Source: Octopus sinensis
Taxonomy: Eukaryota
DNA length: 64,000 nt
Reading direction: 5' to 3'
NCBI RefSeq assembly: GCF_006345805.1
Contig: NC_043018.1
Span: forward strand, 4,402,001 to 4,466,000
Under the pieces are notes generated by a model. The model was not told where the DNA came from. It was given only the letters and a program-made list of their open reading frames with translations, and did no database searches. Positions 1 through 11,840 of the stretch are shown one piece after another. Numbering within the stretch: position 1 is the stretch's first letter; each line of letters begins with the position of its first letter. A program made the position numbers and the translations under genes.

Positions 1-380
1 TGGCTCCAGGTTCAATCCCATTGTGTGGCACCTTGGCAAGTATCTTCTACTATAGCCTCAGACCAACCAAAGACTTCTGAGTGGATTTGGTAGATGGAAA
101 CTGAAAGAAGCCCGTCATATATATATATATATGTATGTATGTATATACTTATGAGTGTGTGCATGTGTGTTTATGTGTGTGTGTGTGTGTGTGGTGTTGG
201 TGTGTTTATGTTCCCATAACTTAGTGGTTTGGCAAAAAAGATCAGATAGAATAAGTACCAGATTTCACAAAAAATAATAAGTACTGGGGTTGGTTCATTT
301 GACTAGAATTCTTCAAGACAGTGCCCCAGCATGACCACAGCTTAATGACTGAAGCAAGCAAAAGATAACTGATAAAAGAT
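1..380 (+). mobile_element. tRNA-derived SINE (family A; head cut by the window edge, central TA/TG microsatellite)
   Basis: B-box-like ggttcaatccc, body gcaccttggcaagtatcttctactatagcc...gaaactgaaagaagcccg, 3' part ending ...actgaagcaagcaaaagataa. Many homologous copies in the window. Confidence 0.75.
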
Positions 381-810
381 AATCCTTTTAGCATCGTCCT
401 CAGTGGATGGTGTTCCCAATTTGAAGTGTTGGTGGCACCTGTAATCTTGCATCCAACTCAAAACAATTGTCAGCTGTGTCTGAGTAAAAGTTGTTTCCCA
501 ATGTGCAGAGAATTTCACACAAATGTGTCACTCTTGCAAAACCTTTGCTGTTCAAATTGTGATATATTCATCTGTTTATTCTAACATGTATTGATTAATG
601 ACTAACTGACATTGCATGGTGAGAATGTTATTAGACTGAAGGTCAGTCGCACTCAGTCACAACCCTGCAGTCACAAGCATGTGGCCCCAGCACACTCAAA
701 GACATCTGATACACTGAAAACAAAACAGCAGAAGAGTTACAGCTAAACAACAACATGAATTACATAATATAGGTGGAGGGTATACAGGTATAAAAATAGG
801 AATATCTCAC

Positions 811-992
811 CTGTGTTTCAAAATTCTTTCCCAGGAGAAAGGTCGAATTCTTTCTTCAAGAATTGCATTGTAAGCATAAATCCACCATGCTTGTGGGCTC
901 ACCTTCAATGGAACATTTGGATGGTATTTGCGGTACTTTCTGTTGACAGCCATCATTTGGAAGGAATCAACTAAATTAATCATATTCAGTAA
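811..992 (-). CDS. VPS13: VPS13-family coding exon: LLNMINLVDSFQMMAVNRKYRKYHPNVPLKVSPQAWWIYAYNAILEERIRPFSWERILKH(R)
   Basis: 182 nt; tcctctccctacAG acceptor, GTGAGA donor; phase 0 to 2. YRKYxP...WWxYA...SW..I.KHR motif. The next exon lies outside the window. Confidence 0.96.
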
Positions 993-1074
993 CTGTAGGG
1001 AGAGGACAAAAAGTAATCATTATTATCATTATTGTTATTATCATCATCATCATCATCATTATTATTATTATTAC

Positions 1075-1517
1075 TGAGTGAGAGAACAACACATACCATC
1101 AAAGTGATGCTGGGGTAGAATATACGATGCCCAATATACCCATCATGACTACCTGTCTGATAAAGGTACATGAGGCATATGCATCACAACCATATGTGCA
1201 CAACATGGTCATCTCATATCAAGATAAACAGTACATGACCTTGCAGGTGGGGCCCTGTTAGAAGTTTCTTCAGGTTGAGTAACCCACTCCACTCAAAAGG
1301 TCCTTGAATATGGTTTGCTTAAGGTAGATGAACAAAACATCTATGTTTCCAAAGGTTAATTATTCAAACCAAAAAGAGTCCCTCTCAATATATGGCTATG
1401 ATGCTCCCCCACTACTCCTACTCCTGTGTACATATTATCAGTCACTAAGGGACACGCTCAACTGGTTAAGGTCAAACAATGGACAAGCAAATTTGTGGTA
1501 TTGAGCAGAATATTTGG
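1075..1517 (-). mobile_element. Partial copy of a ~550-nt non-coding (AAT)n-tailed repeat (family C)
   Basis: Reverse-complement homology to 4997-5547; (ATT/ATC)n tail at about 1018-1074. Confidence 0.75.
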
Positions 1518-1845
1518 CCTTGTCCAAGATGCCAATCAGTGAGACTAAACCCACAACTTTATGGCCAGAAAGTAAACTTCCACCCCTGCTCCTATAGGTC
1601 ACTTTAATTAAATTATGAAGAGATGCTGATTGTGTATTTTACTGATATTCAAGATGCATTAAAAAAATCCTAGATGCCTCCTTCTTGACCATCTAAAATA
1701 TGGGAGGTTCTTTTATTGCGCTTGTATGTATTTTACTCCTGCCAACATTAGATACATATGTTCAATCAGGACCAGCTTAAGGCCAATCTATAAGCCAGTG
1801 ATCTGTGGGGCCTAAGGTTGGATACCTCAATACTGAGGAGTAGGT

Positions 1846-2052
1846 AAGGCAGCAAGCTGGCAGAAACATTAGCATACCGGGCGAAATGCTTAGTGGTATT
1901 TCGTCTGTCTTTACGTTCAAATTCTGCTGAGGCAGACTTTGCCTTTTATCTTTTCGGGGTGGATAAATTAAGTAGCAGTTGCATACTGGGGTCAGTCTAA
2001 TCGACTGGCCCTCTCCCCAAATATTTCAAGCCTTGTGCCTAGAGTAGAAAGG
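1846..2052 (+). mobile_element. tRNA-related SINE (family B)
   Basis: Head aaggcagcaagctggcagaaac..., central tttcggggtggataaattaagta motif; homologous to many copies, e.g. 19905-20125 and the 58-63 kb cluster. Confidence 0.7.
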
Positions 2053-3269
2053 AGTGGGGAATAGGTAATTGATATGCTGATGATTTGTACATCAAACCAA
2101 TGAAGGAGTCTTTTTACCAGGCTGTTCATCTGACTTGTATTTGAGTGGAATTGGTTACAATTCCACTCAAATAACATTCTGGGATCTTAAATAAAGTGAA
2201 AATAAATTGGATAATAAGACAGAAGCTACATTATGCCAGCGAAAAAAAAAAGACAGGATGGCCATGGCTAGAGTGGATGTAATCACAGGTCTATTCAATC
2301 AGGGCCAACAATGATCACCATCTGTTAAAGGAATCATCATTGTTATCATCCTCAACAAATTACAATCCCATGAAATACAAATATTGTCACCATCCGTTAC
2401 CATCTCTTAGAATTGCAATTGAAGTAAAATTAATTATTGAACCTTGGGAGAGGAATTAGGCTGGTAATAATAAACACAAGACAAGAGACTTCCATTCAGG
2501 CAATCAACCAGCTAAAAATAGTAGTAAGATACCTCCTCCAATGTACATTTATCATCAACCATGCATCCACTGAGGCTCTTCATTGATTATATTTACCCAT
2601 TCCCTATCTCTTACCATCTCTTACTCTCCCCCTTACACTCATGCAGCTTCTACCCACCCATACTCCCTATTCTCCTGTCCCCACTCATTCTAATCACCCC
2701 ATACCTTGAAAGATACTTCCTCTTACTATTTACTTAACTCTTTCCTGTCCCACCCTTGTTACTTCTACCTTCTCTTTTATAATGCAATCAGTCGTGCCAC
2801 ATCTTTACAGCAACAAACCTATACTATTCTGGTCCCTTCTTTCACACTTCAAAGCTGCCTTTTTCAACTGTAAACTCAATCAGTTGAAAAGGATTGTAGT
2901 CTCATAAGCTGCATGGCAACCTCACTGGTGCTGGTGCCACTGAAAAAAGCACTCAGTACACACTGAAAAGTGGTTGTTGATTTTAAGGGGATCCAATCAT
3001 ACAAACCCTGCCAAAGCGGAAAGTGGAGCACAATGAAGTCCTTGAATCTTCTGGATCCCATCAAACCATCCAACCCATGCCAACATGGAACATGAATGTT
3101 AAAAGATGAAGATGATGAAAACAGAATTACTTTCACCCTAAATCAACTTTATCAGGGTTACCCTGGAGCTAAGTACCAACAATAACATCAACAGCAGCAA
3201 CATTAAGAATGGAATGAGGAGTAAAAAAAAAAAGACTAAAACACTAAAAGGTAAAACAAACAATCTTAC

Positions 3270-3391
3270 CTGTTGCCGTGAAAATCTAACTTCAATGTCT
3301 TCCAGAGATAGGTCTGAAAATATCTTAGGAACTTTGAACCCTCCATTTTTATTCAGTATCACTTTGGCATGAGCAGAGATGGGTTTCATAA
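3270..3391 (-). CDS. VPS13: VPS13-family coding exon: (I)MKPISAHAKVILNKNGGFKVPKIFSDLSLEDIEVRFSRQQ
   Basis: 122 nt; tgttatgtttccAG acceptor, GTAAGA donor; phase 1 to 0. Matches the PISAxAKL...PK motif. Confidence 0.94.
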
Positions 3392-4555
3392 CTGGAAACA
3401 TAACAGCAGACATATTAAATCAGAAATCATAAACAGATATATTTTGGTTTCAAATTTGGGTACAAAGCCAGCAATTTGGGGAAGGGGGAAGGGGCTACTC
3501 AATTAATCAACCCCAGTGATCAACTGGTTCTTATTTTATCCCTGAAAGGATAAAAGACAAAGTTAACCATGACAGAATTTGAACTCAGACTGTTTAGTCA
3601 AAAGAGACGCTACTAAAGCATTCTGCCCATCACGGTAATGTTTCTGCTTTTTCATTGCCTTCATAAACCCTATCATATTAATTGAGTGAAACAAGGGAGA
3701 TTCTCCATGGTCATTCGAATTAACTAGAAGTAGTAGCTAAATCATCCTCAAATAATACAACCTGTTGTTAGAGATGAAAAAAAAAAAAAGAAATGGTGGG
3801 GGATATAATGAAGAGAGGAATTTCTGATTGGATCATTATGGCTGGAATGGGTTTTTTTTTTTGTTGATCATGAGATTTTTCTTTCACTTATTTCAGTCAT
3901 TGGACTGTGGCCATGCTGGAGCAGCACTGCCTTGGAAGGTTCAACTCAAACAAATTGACCCCCAGTACTTACATTAATTCTGTAGGTCTCTTTTGCTGAA
4001 CTGCCAAGTTACAGGGATGTAAACAAACTGACACCAGTTGTCAAGGGAGGGGTGCAAAAACAAAGACACATACACACATACATAAATACATAGATACACA
4101 CATAGTGAAACTGAAGCTAAAACTATCATCATCATCAGCATCATCGTTTAATGATGATGATGTAGTTGCAAAATGAACTTCTCAATCACTTGACTATGCC
4201 AACTCCTAAACAAACTAAAAATTTGTAGAGATATCAAACCCACTGATATGTTAATTTTATAAAAGAGAAAAAAAAGATCAAATTAATCACAAAATTAGAA
4301 ATAGATAATGAAGTAAATAAATGTTAATTTATTCTGAACTAAGTGTGTGTATTTGTTTTGCAAGATTCTTAAAGCAAAATCGCATTGAAACAGATATTGT
4401 TATATTTGAGGATGGTCATATTTTGGCCAATTAACCACATGCACTATATATTTGGTCTCCACTTCAGCTTTGTTATTAGGAGGGGACACATGGGATGGAG
4501 AATCACCAAAGAGGTCTCAGGATTGTGACAAAAGATTCCAGACAAAGGGCACTAA

Positions 4556-4630
<75 letters not shown>

Positions 4631-4632
<2 letters not shown>

Positions 4633-4941
4633 CAAGGTATGCGATAAGGAAGAAAGAAAAGTCGAGAGATATGACAGGTTAGCTTGGGAAGTTAAGCAGT
4701 TGTGGTCGATGAAAAAGGTAGCAGTAGTACCATTAATTGTCAGAGCCCTGGAAACAGTGAGCAAAAATCTCGATAAGTACATGGAACAAATAGGGGCTGC
4801 AATAAGTGTGGAGCACTTGCAGAAAACAGCATTGCTTGGAACCACTCAAATACTCCGGAAATAAGAGGTGTTACCTTAGTTCACTCGTAGTGAACAGCTG
4901 ACACTGTAATACATCTCCAGCATTAGAAGCTGTGCAAAGGC
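4631..4941 (+). mobile_element. 3' end of an R4/Dong-like (RLE-clade) non-LTR retrotransposon
   Basis: 4631-4864 reads DKVCDKEERKVERYDRLAWEVKQLWSMKKVAVVPLIVRALETVSKNLDKYMEQIGAAISVEHLQKTALLGTTQILRK*, typical of an RLE-domain C-terminus (K..KY..L, LQK.ALLGT..ILRK). Flanked by (AAT)n on both sides. Confidence 0.8.
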
Positions 4942-4996
4942 AATAATAATAATAATAATAATAACAATAATAATAATAACAATAATAATAATAACT

Positions 4997-5547
4997 TGCC
5001 CTGATGTAGTACCAGGCAGTGGCCCTCATAGCTTCTGATCTTAACTGATTGGAAGTGTTATCATATACATTGTTTTGTCTTGGTATAAAAGCAAAGGTTA
5101 AAAGGGTTAAAGCAAATATTCTGTTCTATACCATAGATTTGCTTGTAAGTTGTTTAACCTTAACCAGTTGAGCATGTCCCTTAGTGGCTGATGATATGTG
5201 CATCTCTGATCACAAGCAGAAGTAGTGGGTGAGCATCATAGCTGTGTGTTGAAAGGAATTCTTAGAGGTTTGGATAATTCACCTTTGGAAACATGGGTGG
5301 TTTGTTCAACATCCTTAAACAATTCTTATTCAGGGACCTTTTGAGCGGGATGGGCTACTCGACGTGAAGAAAATTCTAACTGGGCCTCACCTGTTTATCT
5401 TGATATGAGATCACCAAGTTGCGCACATATGATTGTGATGCATGTGCCTGGTGTACCCTTATCAGACGGATAGTCATGATGGGTATACTGGGCTTCGTAT
5501 ATTTTACCCCAGTGTCACATCAATAGCATTCACTGCTCTCTCACTCA
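4997..5547 (+). mobile_element. Near full-length family C non-coding repeat with (AAT)n tail
   Basis: Starts tgccctgatgtagtaccaggcagtggc, ends ctctctcactc-(aat)n. Homologous to 1075-1517, 25540-26082 and 30770-30930. Confidence 0.8.
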
Positions 5548-6303
5548 ATAATAATAATAATAATAACAATAATAAAGCTGAAGTGAAGACCAAGTATATA
5601 GTGCGTGTGGTTAATTGTCAACAATATGACCATCCCCAACTACAACAATATTCTGAATCTGTTTTGTTTTATGTATTTATTATTTGTCTTTAACAAATAC
5701 TTTAGACACTGAACCTTCTGAAGGAGATGAGAAAGAACTGAGATATCTGGTGATGTGCTGAACTGAAAAGACCCATCTGCCACACCAGAATTGATACTGG
5801 TGCTGGTGCCACATAAAATGGTGCTGGTGCCACATAAAAACCTTCTCATACACTCTGTGGAGTGGTTGGCATTAGGAAGAGCATCCAGCCATAGAAACCA
5901 TGCCAGAACAGAAAATGGAGCCTGGTTCTGGCCCCTGGCTTTAGCAGCTCTGGTCAAACCATCCAACCCATGCCAGCATGGAAAAACAGATGTTAAATGA
6001 TGATGATGATGATGATGATTTATCCTCTTTCTGCTTTGATCTTTAATAATAGTCTGCTGCTACAAGTCAACATATGTAACTCTTTGACTATAGAACAAAA
6101 CCAGACATAAACTGCCATACACACAACATTTATATTATTCATAAAACAATTAACTGATAACTAATGGAATAAAATAGGAAACAGCCTCTGTTAACAGGTG
6201 GAACATTATTATTTGTAACGTCATTCTGCCAAAATCTATATGGGTAATGCTTTAAGGAATGAAACCAAAGGCATAATCTGTCACAGATGCAATATTATTT
6301 GTA

Positions 6304-7844
6304 TCTCTCTATATATAAAACTGAGAATGTGTGTCTGTCTGTCTGTCTGTGTATTTCCCTAAAACTTGAGAACTACGCAACCAATTTCATTCAAATTTTA
6401 CACATGCCTTACTTAGGGTCCATGTAGTTTCATGGGCAAAAAAATGTTCAACTTCTTGCCTAGAGCGAGCCCATAGCAATATCATATCTTCTCCACTATT
6501 TCAGTATTATGTGTTAAAGTGAAACAAAAACATTTCTCTATTTTATGTCAGATACTTTCACTTTAACAATAAAAATAATAATAACAATTGAATTATATGT
6601 AGTAAGTAATAATTAAAATCAAACTAAAGTATAATGTAATCGTAACATAACAAAAGTAAAAATAGCAATTGGTATAAAATTGCATCAATGACTTGAATAA
6701 GTGGTTTCACATGAATGGGAATAAATTAAAAATAAAATTAGCATGCAGAAATGGAATAATCCAGATGGAGCTGTGCTTTTACATTAGATTATCTGCTAAT
6801 TAGCTAACATTAGGTATCTATATGAAATTTGGCTGTATGTAATATCTGTTTTCTCGAACAGCCGCTTCTACAGAGTACTGCTGTTGGTTTATTTCTTATA
6901 CATAAAGCTTCAACTACTTACTGCTTTCTGATTCATCATAAGGTTTGTTGTTATTATTATTACTGTTTAACTATTGTTATCACGTTTGTTGGTTCCTCAT
7001 AAAGGAAACATTATTGTGTTGCATTTGTTAAATAATTGTAAACTGTAACCCTCCCCCTTTGAGAGAAGGAGCTTTGGTTATTGTTTAAAAATTGAATTGT
7101 GTCCCTGTTTGGGGAAATTGACAATATTTTCACCGTTTACACGGAAGCATATTTCTTAGAATGCCTTCAATAGAAGAAAGTCCAAAAATGAATTTCGCTG
7201 CAGCCGTCGATGGGCGCGAACTCATTGAAATTACAATGGAAGAAATACGGATTGATCACCGACAAAGATGGTGAATCTAGGATAACACCACCAAACGAAA
7301 TAAAAAATTAAATTAAAGAAAAGACTATGGTCTATAAAGTATACAATGTAGAGAAAAAAGAAGATTTGAACACATGGAGGAAAGCACCATCGAAAAGTGT
7401 CTTGGTGCGACTATGAAAGATATCTAACTAGAGGCGGTAAATTCACCACAATAGAAGCAAGGTTCGAGTCAACAGAGCGTGCAAGGGAATACTCAACTCG
7501 AACCTTACAAAGTGGAAATATTTTATTTTTACCTTTATATCTGGGACGTAGGACGGCCCGGATAAAAATTAAAAATGTCCCCCCAGAAGTAGAGGTAGGC
7601 TGGATTGTATACAAGAGGGAGGACAAGATACAATTGATTGAAATTGCAAGAGACGGGCCTACAATTCCAGTCTGTTATATATTTTGAGTATTGTTATCAC
7701 TAGCGATATCAAGATATAACTTTGTATTTTGTATTTTATGTGTAGATGTGTATATATAGATGTACATGTAATATGTACACATATATATACACATACATAC
7801 ATGCACAAGTACTATGACCCGGCAACGACGGGTCATAATGCTAG
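6304..7844 (+). mobile_element. Non-autonomous Helitron
   Basis: A|TC 5' end (tctctctatatataaaactgag..., then (gtct)n). 3' hairpin tatgacccg-gcaacga-cgggtcata (7813-7837), then CTAG|T at 7841-7845. A/T insertion site, no TSD. Confidence 0.85.
7160..7670 (+). pseudogene. Frameshifted LINE (Tx1/L1-like) ORF1 N-terminal fragment inside the Helitron
   Basis: Reads ...YLTRGGKFTTIEARFESTERAREYSTRTLQSGNILFLPLYLGRRTARIKIKNVPPEV..., resembling RRM-type ORF1 segments (recognised by pattern, not searched). Confidence 0.55.
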
Positions 7845-8279
7845 TTAATTTATAAAACAATCTATTGATAAATATTTCAAATAAAAAATGTGTGTGTGTG
7901 TGGTGGAGGGTGTACATACATATAACAGAATACTCAACGGTGCAGCTGCTGCACTTCATTCATTGGTACTGTGGATTCAAATCAAGCCAGATGCACTTTA
8001 TTTTATATAAAAGCAAGGACAGATTTCAGCATATTAAGATTTCTGAAAGTATTTCTAAAACAGTTCTACCATAACAGAATTATGTCACCAATTTTGTTCC
8101 ATAAAATTGTTCACTTTTTGAAATATAAAATTTTTTAAAAATAACTAGTCTCAAGGTTGAAATTTCAAGAGTATAACAAAGAATACAGATTTCAAAGATG
8201 TTCCCTCATAAGACTACATCTTCAATGCCACTTGGATGGAATGGTATTATTCCAAGAATCAAAAACTTTTAAAAAATGT

Positions 8280-8700
8280 AATCTTTTATTTGTTTTAATC
8301 ATTAGACTGTAGCCATGCTGGGGCAGTGTCTTGAAGAATCTCAGACAAATGGATCGGTCTTAATACTTACTTTTTTTAAAGCCTGGTGCTTATTCTATTG
8401 GTTGCGTTTGTCAAACCATTAAGTTATGGAGATGTAAACACACCAACACTGGGTGTCAAGCAGTGGTAGGGGAGACAAACACTGACACAAAGACAAAAAC
8501 ATACATGCACGCACACACGCATACACACACAAACAAACACACACATATAAAATGGGCTTCTTTCATTTTCTGTCTGCCAAATTCACTTCCAAGGCTTTGG
8601 TTGGCCCAAGGCTATAGTAGAGGACATTTTCCCAAGGTGCCATGCAGTGGGATTGAACCAAAAATCATATGGTTAGGAAGCTAACTTCTTACCACACCTA
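8280..8700 (-). mobile_element. Family A tRNA-derived SINE
   Basis: Reverse-complement homology to 54168-54595. Confidence 0.75.
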
Positions 8701-8879
8701 TTCTGTAACTTGAAAAAGAAATTCTTTATTCTTATAGTTTACTGTCGACTTCCAATAACCTTATTGTTCCCAAAATAACTGCAGAATTGCCTCAAGAATT
8801 GCAAATTGACATAATTTTACACTATGTTTCAAGCAGAATAAATTAGAAACATGAATTTAAGGGAAAATATAAAACTTAC

Positions 8880-8937
8880 TAAACTCTGCATCTTCCTCAA
8901 ATATTTTGTGTGTATCAATGGATGACTTGAGAAGATT
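8880..8937 (-). CDS. VPS13: VPS13-family coding exon: NLLKSSIDTHKIFEEDAEF(I)
   Basis: 58 nt; tgttgtattccAG acceptor, GTAAGT donor; phase 0 to 1. It is the only candidate I found that bridges the phases of its neighbours. Sequence conservation is weaker here. Confidence 0.85.
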
Positions 8938-8999
8938 CTGGAATACAACATTTTTTTAAATGGTATCAAACAATAAATAATAAAAAAACAAAGTTAGTA

Positions 9000-9300
9000 G
9001 TAATGGTGGTGGTGGTTTTGGTAGTAGTAGTAGTAGTAGTAGCAGCAGCAGCAGTAGCGACAACAGCAGCTGTAATGGCTATTAATGGTGTTGATCATGG
9101 TGGTGAAGGTGGTAGAGATGGTGGTAGTGATAATGGTAGTGATAATGGTGTGATGGCTATGATAATGGTGACAATGCTGGTGGTGGTCATTACAGTGATT
9201 GTGGTGGTGGTGGTAGTGGTGGTGGTGGTAGTGGTGGTGGTGGTGGTGGTAGTGGTGGTGGTGGTGGTGGTGGTGGTGGTGGTGATACTGGTAGTGATGG
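9000..9300. repeat. Compound (GGT/GTA/GCA/GAT)n low-complexity tract
   Basis: Direct reading; source of the poly-Val track ORF. Confidence 0.9.
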
Positions 9301-9852
9301 TTGCTTCGTTGTCATATCAGCTGATCAAGCAGAAAACATGCTCAAATATGACTTATTTGCAGACGTTGAAATTCTAGACCAGAGCAATCTCCACAAAGCA
9401 GGCAGGCTGCCTTGTAGACACTCCTGGGGTTATCCTCCATGTTACAAGGTCACCATCTTCCCCTTCTCCACATACATGTCATAAAGTATTTCTTTGAATC
9501 TCTTTCAAAATGACAAATCTTTCTCTTTTTCAATACTTTCCTTCACCAAATTGATTTTTGCCTCAGGGTTCGTCTTGCTCTTAGTATGATACCAACTTGA
9601 AGGAATTTCGTGAATGAGAAGAATGGTAGGTGGAAGAAGGCATTGAAAACTGTAGCTTTCTAACCTGGCAGAACTAGCCAAAAAGAGAGAGCACTTTTCA
9701 ACCTAGTTGTAACATAATAGAAATAGTAGCAAAATATCCCTCAAACATGTTAACTGTCATGGCCTGCTATTGGCACTTAACAGTGATATCACATATTTTA
9801 CACAGTCCTTATTCAATTACAAGGAAATATAATTTTTTGACATTTTTACAAT

Positions 9853-9928
9853 ATTTCACAATTAAACTTTAATATTTAGCACTTGTATAATAATACAAGT
9901 GCTAAATATTAAAGTTTAATTGTGAAAT
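9853..9928. repeat. Perfect 36-bp inverted repeat with a 4-nt loop
   Basis: atttcacaattaaactttaatatttagcacttgtat-aata-atacaagtgctaaatattaaagtttaattgtgaaat. Confidence 0.95.
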
Positions 9929-10486
9929 TGTGAAATTAACTATCCTCAAAACTATGTCAAAAATACAGAATAAAATATTTTCTCAAATTATTAAAATGTA
10001 CCATTGGTGGTGATTCTGGCAGGTGTGTGAAGTTTGTGATGAACCACCAGTGGTACATCTGGTGATTAACATGTTAAACAAGAAGAAATCACCTGTGTTA
10101 GATAATGTAGTTCTAGAAATAATAGGTCTGGAAAAAAAATTAAGGTCATCACAGTTGGATTGTCTTTGATCATAGATGTACTTGATTTTGACTGACTTAG
10201 GACTAAATACATGAAATACCAGCCAACTCTCTCTCAAATGACCATGTAATTGCATCATCTGAAAGAGGTGGACAACAAACAGATTAGATCATGTATTCCT
10301 AGATGCACTCGAAAAAAAGATGGAGTTGGGTGATGACCAGATTATTTTTGATCTTGGGTTTCCTTAATCAAGACTGACCAAAGTTAAACAACAATAATAA
10401 AATCAACAGCAGCAGCAGCAGGCAGCAACTCTGGCAAATAGCAATGGTGATGGTAGGAAACAAGCAATGACTCATAAGCTACTCAC

Positions 10487-10579
10487 TCTCCACTCGTCTG
10501 TGTTTAGTCGTGATCGAACAAGATGATTTTCAGGCAAGTAGGGATTCCAATACACTGAAAGGTCTTGTAATTGGGCAAG
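10487..10579 (-). CDS. VPS13: VPS13-family coding exon: LAQLQDLSVYWNPYLPENHLVRSRLNTDEWR
   Basis: 93 nt; tttttttcttacAG acceptor, GTGAGT donor; phase 0 to 0. LxxLSxYWN motif follows ...LLHK as in VPS13A/C. Confidence 0.94.
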
Positions 10580-11090
10580 CTGTAAGAAAAAACAGAGAAG
10601 AGACAAGAAAAGAGGAATATTAGTGATTAGATTTTCAGACGTATAGCCCTCTAATGGAGAAATTTGCTTGGCAACCTTGTAGTAAGACCAAGACCATTTC
10701 TTAAACTCAGTAAAGTTTGTGTAAATGTTCCAAGAACCAAATTCATTTGCAGAAAGAAGTTCCTGTGAATGAATTTGCTTTTTAGTGGATAAAGTGTTGC
10801 ACAGTAATGGACCAACTTTTCAGGGAAACCAGCTACAAAATCAGTGGAATAACACGAGATGACCAGAAACCATCTGCCCTTAAAATTTTTTTTATATAAG
10901 CTTACCTTCTAGAAGGGAGTTCTAGCAAGAACTAGAAGTCTTTCACTCCTAGTGGCTCACATGCTAATAGCTGGGAACTTGACAGGTGTTACTACGCCAG
11001 ATCAGAGTAAACCTGGAAACAATAGTGACTTAGAGGTGGTTCCACACTTTTCAAAACCTTGGAAATCTGGTGCCAGGAGCCCACCACATG

Positions 11091-11124
<34 letters not shown>

Positions 11125-11681
11125 GATAGGTAGATAGATAAATAAAGAAACAGACAGACAGACAAAATAATTTTAAAAATACATAGATAGAAAGCCAGAC
11201 AACAACTCATACAGCTGTAAAGTATTAAACTAACAGGTGTGATAATAGGTGAGATATTTATAATTTGGTTGTTTACAGCTTTAAGAAAAAGACCTGTTGT
11301 GAAGGCGCATGATCTAGTGGCTAGGTTTAGAATTAGGGACACAACTGTAAGTCATGGATTTGATTCTTTGACCAAGAGGCCTGTTGAGTTCTTGAGCAAG
11401 GTACTTCATTTCATCTTACTATGGTATACATTAGAATCAGCTGTACTGGTACAACTCTCTCTCTTTCTCTCCAACTGTCATGTCTTTGATGTTTCTCTGG
11501 GTGAAGGAGTGGGAAGAATGAGAGTGTGTTTATATCTGCTCAGGCACCGAAAAGAATTTGCAAAAGCATGGTACTTGCCCCTAGGTCATACTCACTTGCA
11601 AGTAATGGCAGCTAAGGTGATTTATAAATTTTTATTAAAAACTGCAATGATTATTCTTAATTTGAAAGTTAATCAACTTAC

Positions 11682-11840
11682 TTTGTGTAATAATGTATCA
11701 GAGCTGTCAAGAATTGTTGGGTGCCAACGGGAATCGGTGCTTTGAGCAGAGATATTTTTAAGCATAAAACCACAAGCAAATGGACGATCCACATTGGTGA
11801 CCGTGTCTTCATAACGAAAATGAACACTGGATATGGATAA
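11682..11840 (-). CDS. VPS13: VPS13-family coding exon: LSISSVHFRYEDTVTNVDRPFACGFMLKNISAQSTDSRWHPTILDSSDTLLHK
   Basis: 159 nt; poly-T...cAG acceptor, GTAAGT donor; phase 0 to 0. Hallmark IxxIHxRYED motif of VPS13. Confidence 0.96.

Noticed and set aside
5700-5762. Minus-strand acceptor (ttttcAG) with a short open stretch, as a possible VPS13 exon
   Set aside because: Weak donors, no VPS13 similarity, and the 8880-8937 exon already joins its neighbours in phase.
9003-9377. Poly-Val ORF (likewise the His/Thr-rich ORFs at 18025-18336)
   Set aside because: Trinucleotide low-complexity tracts.
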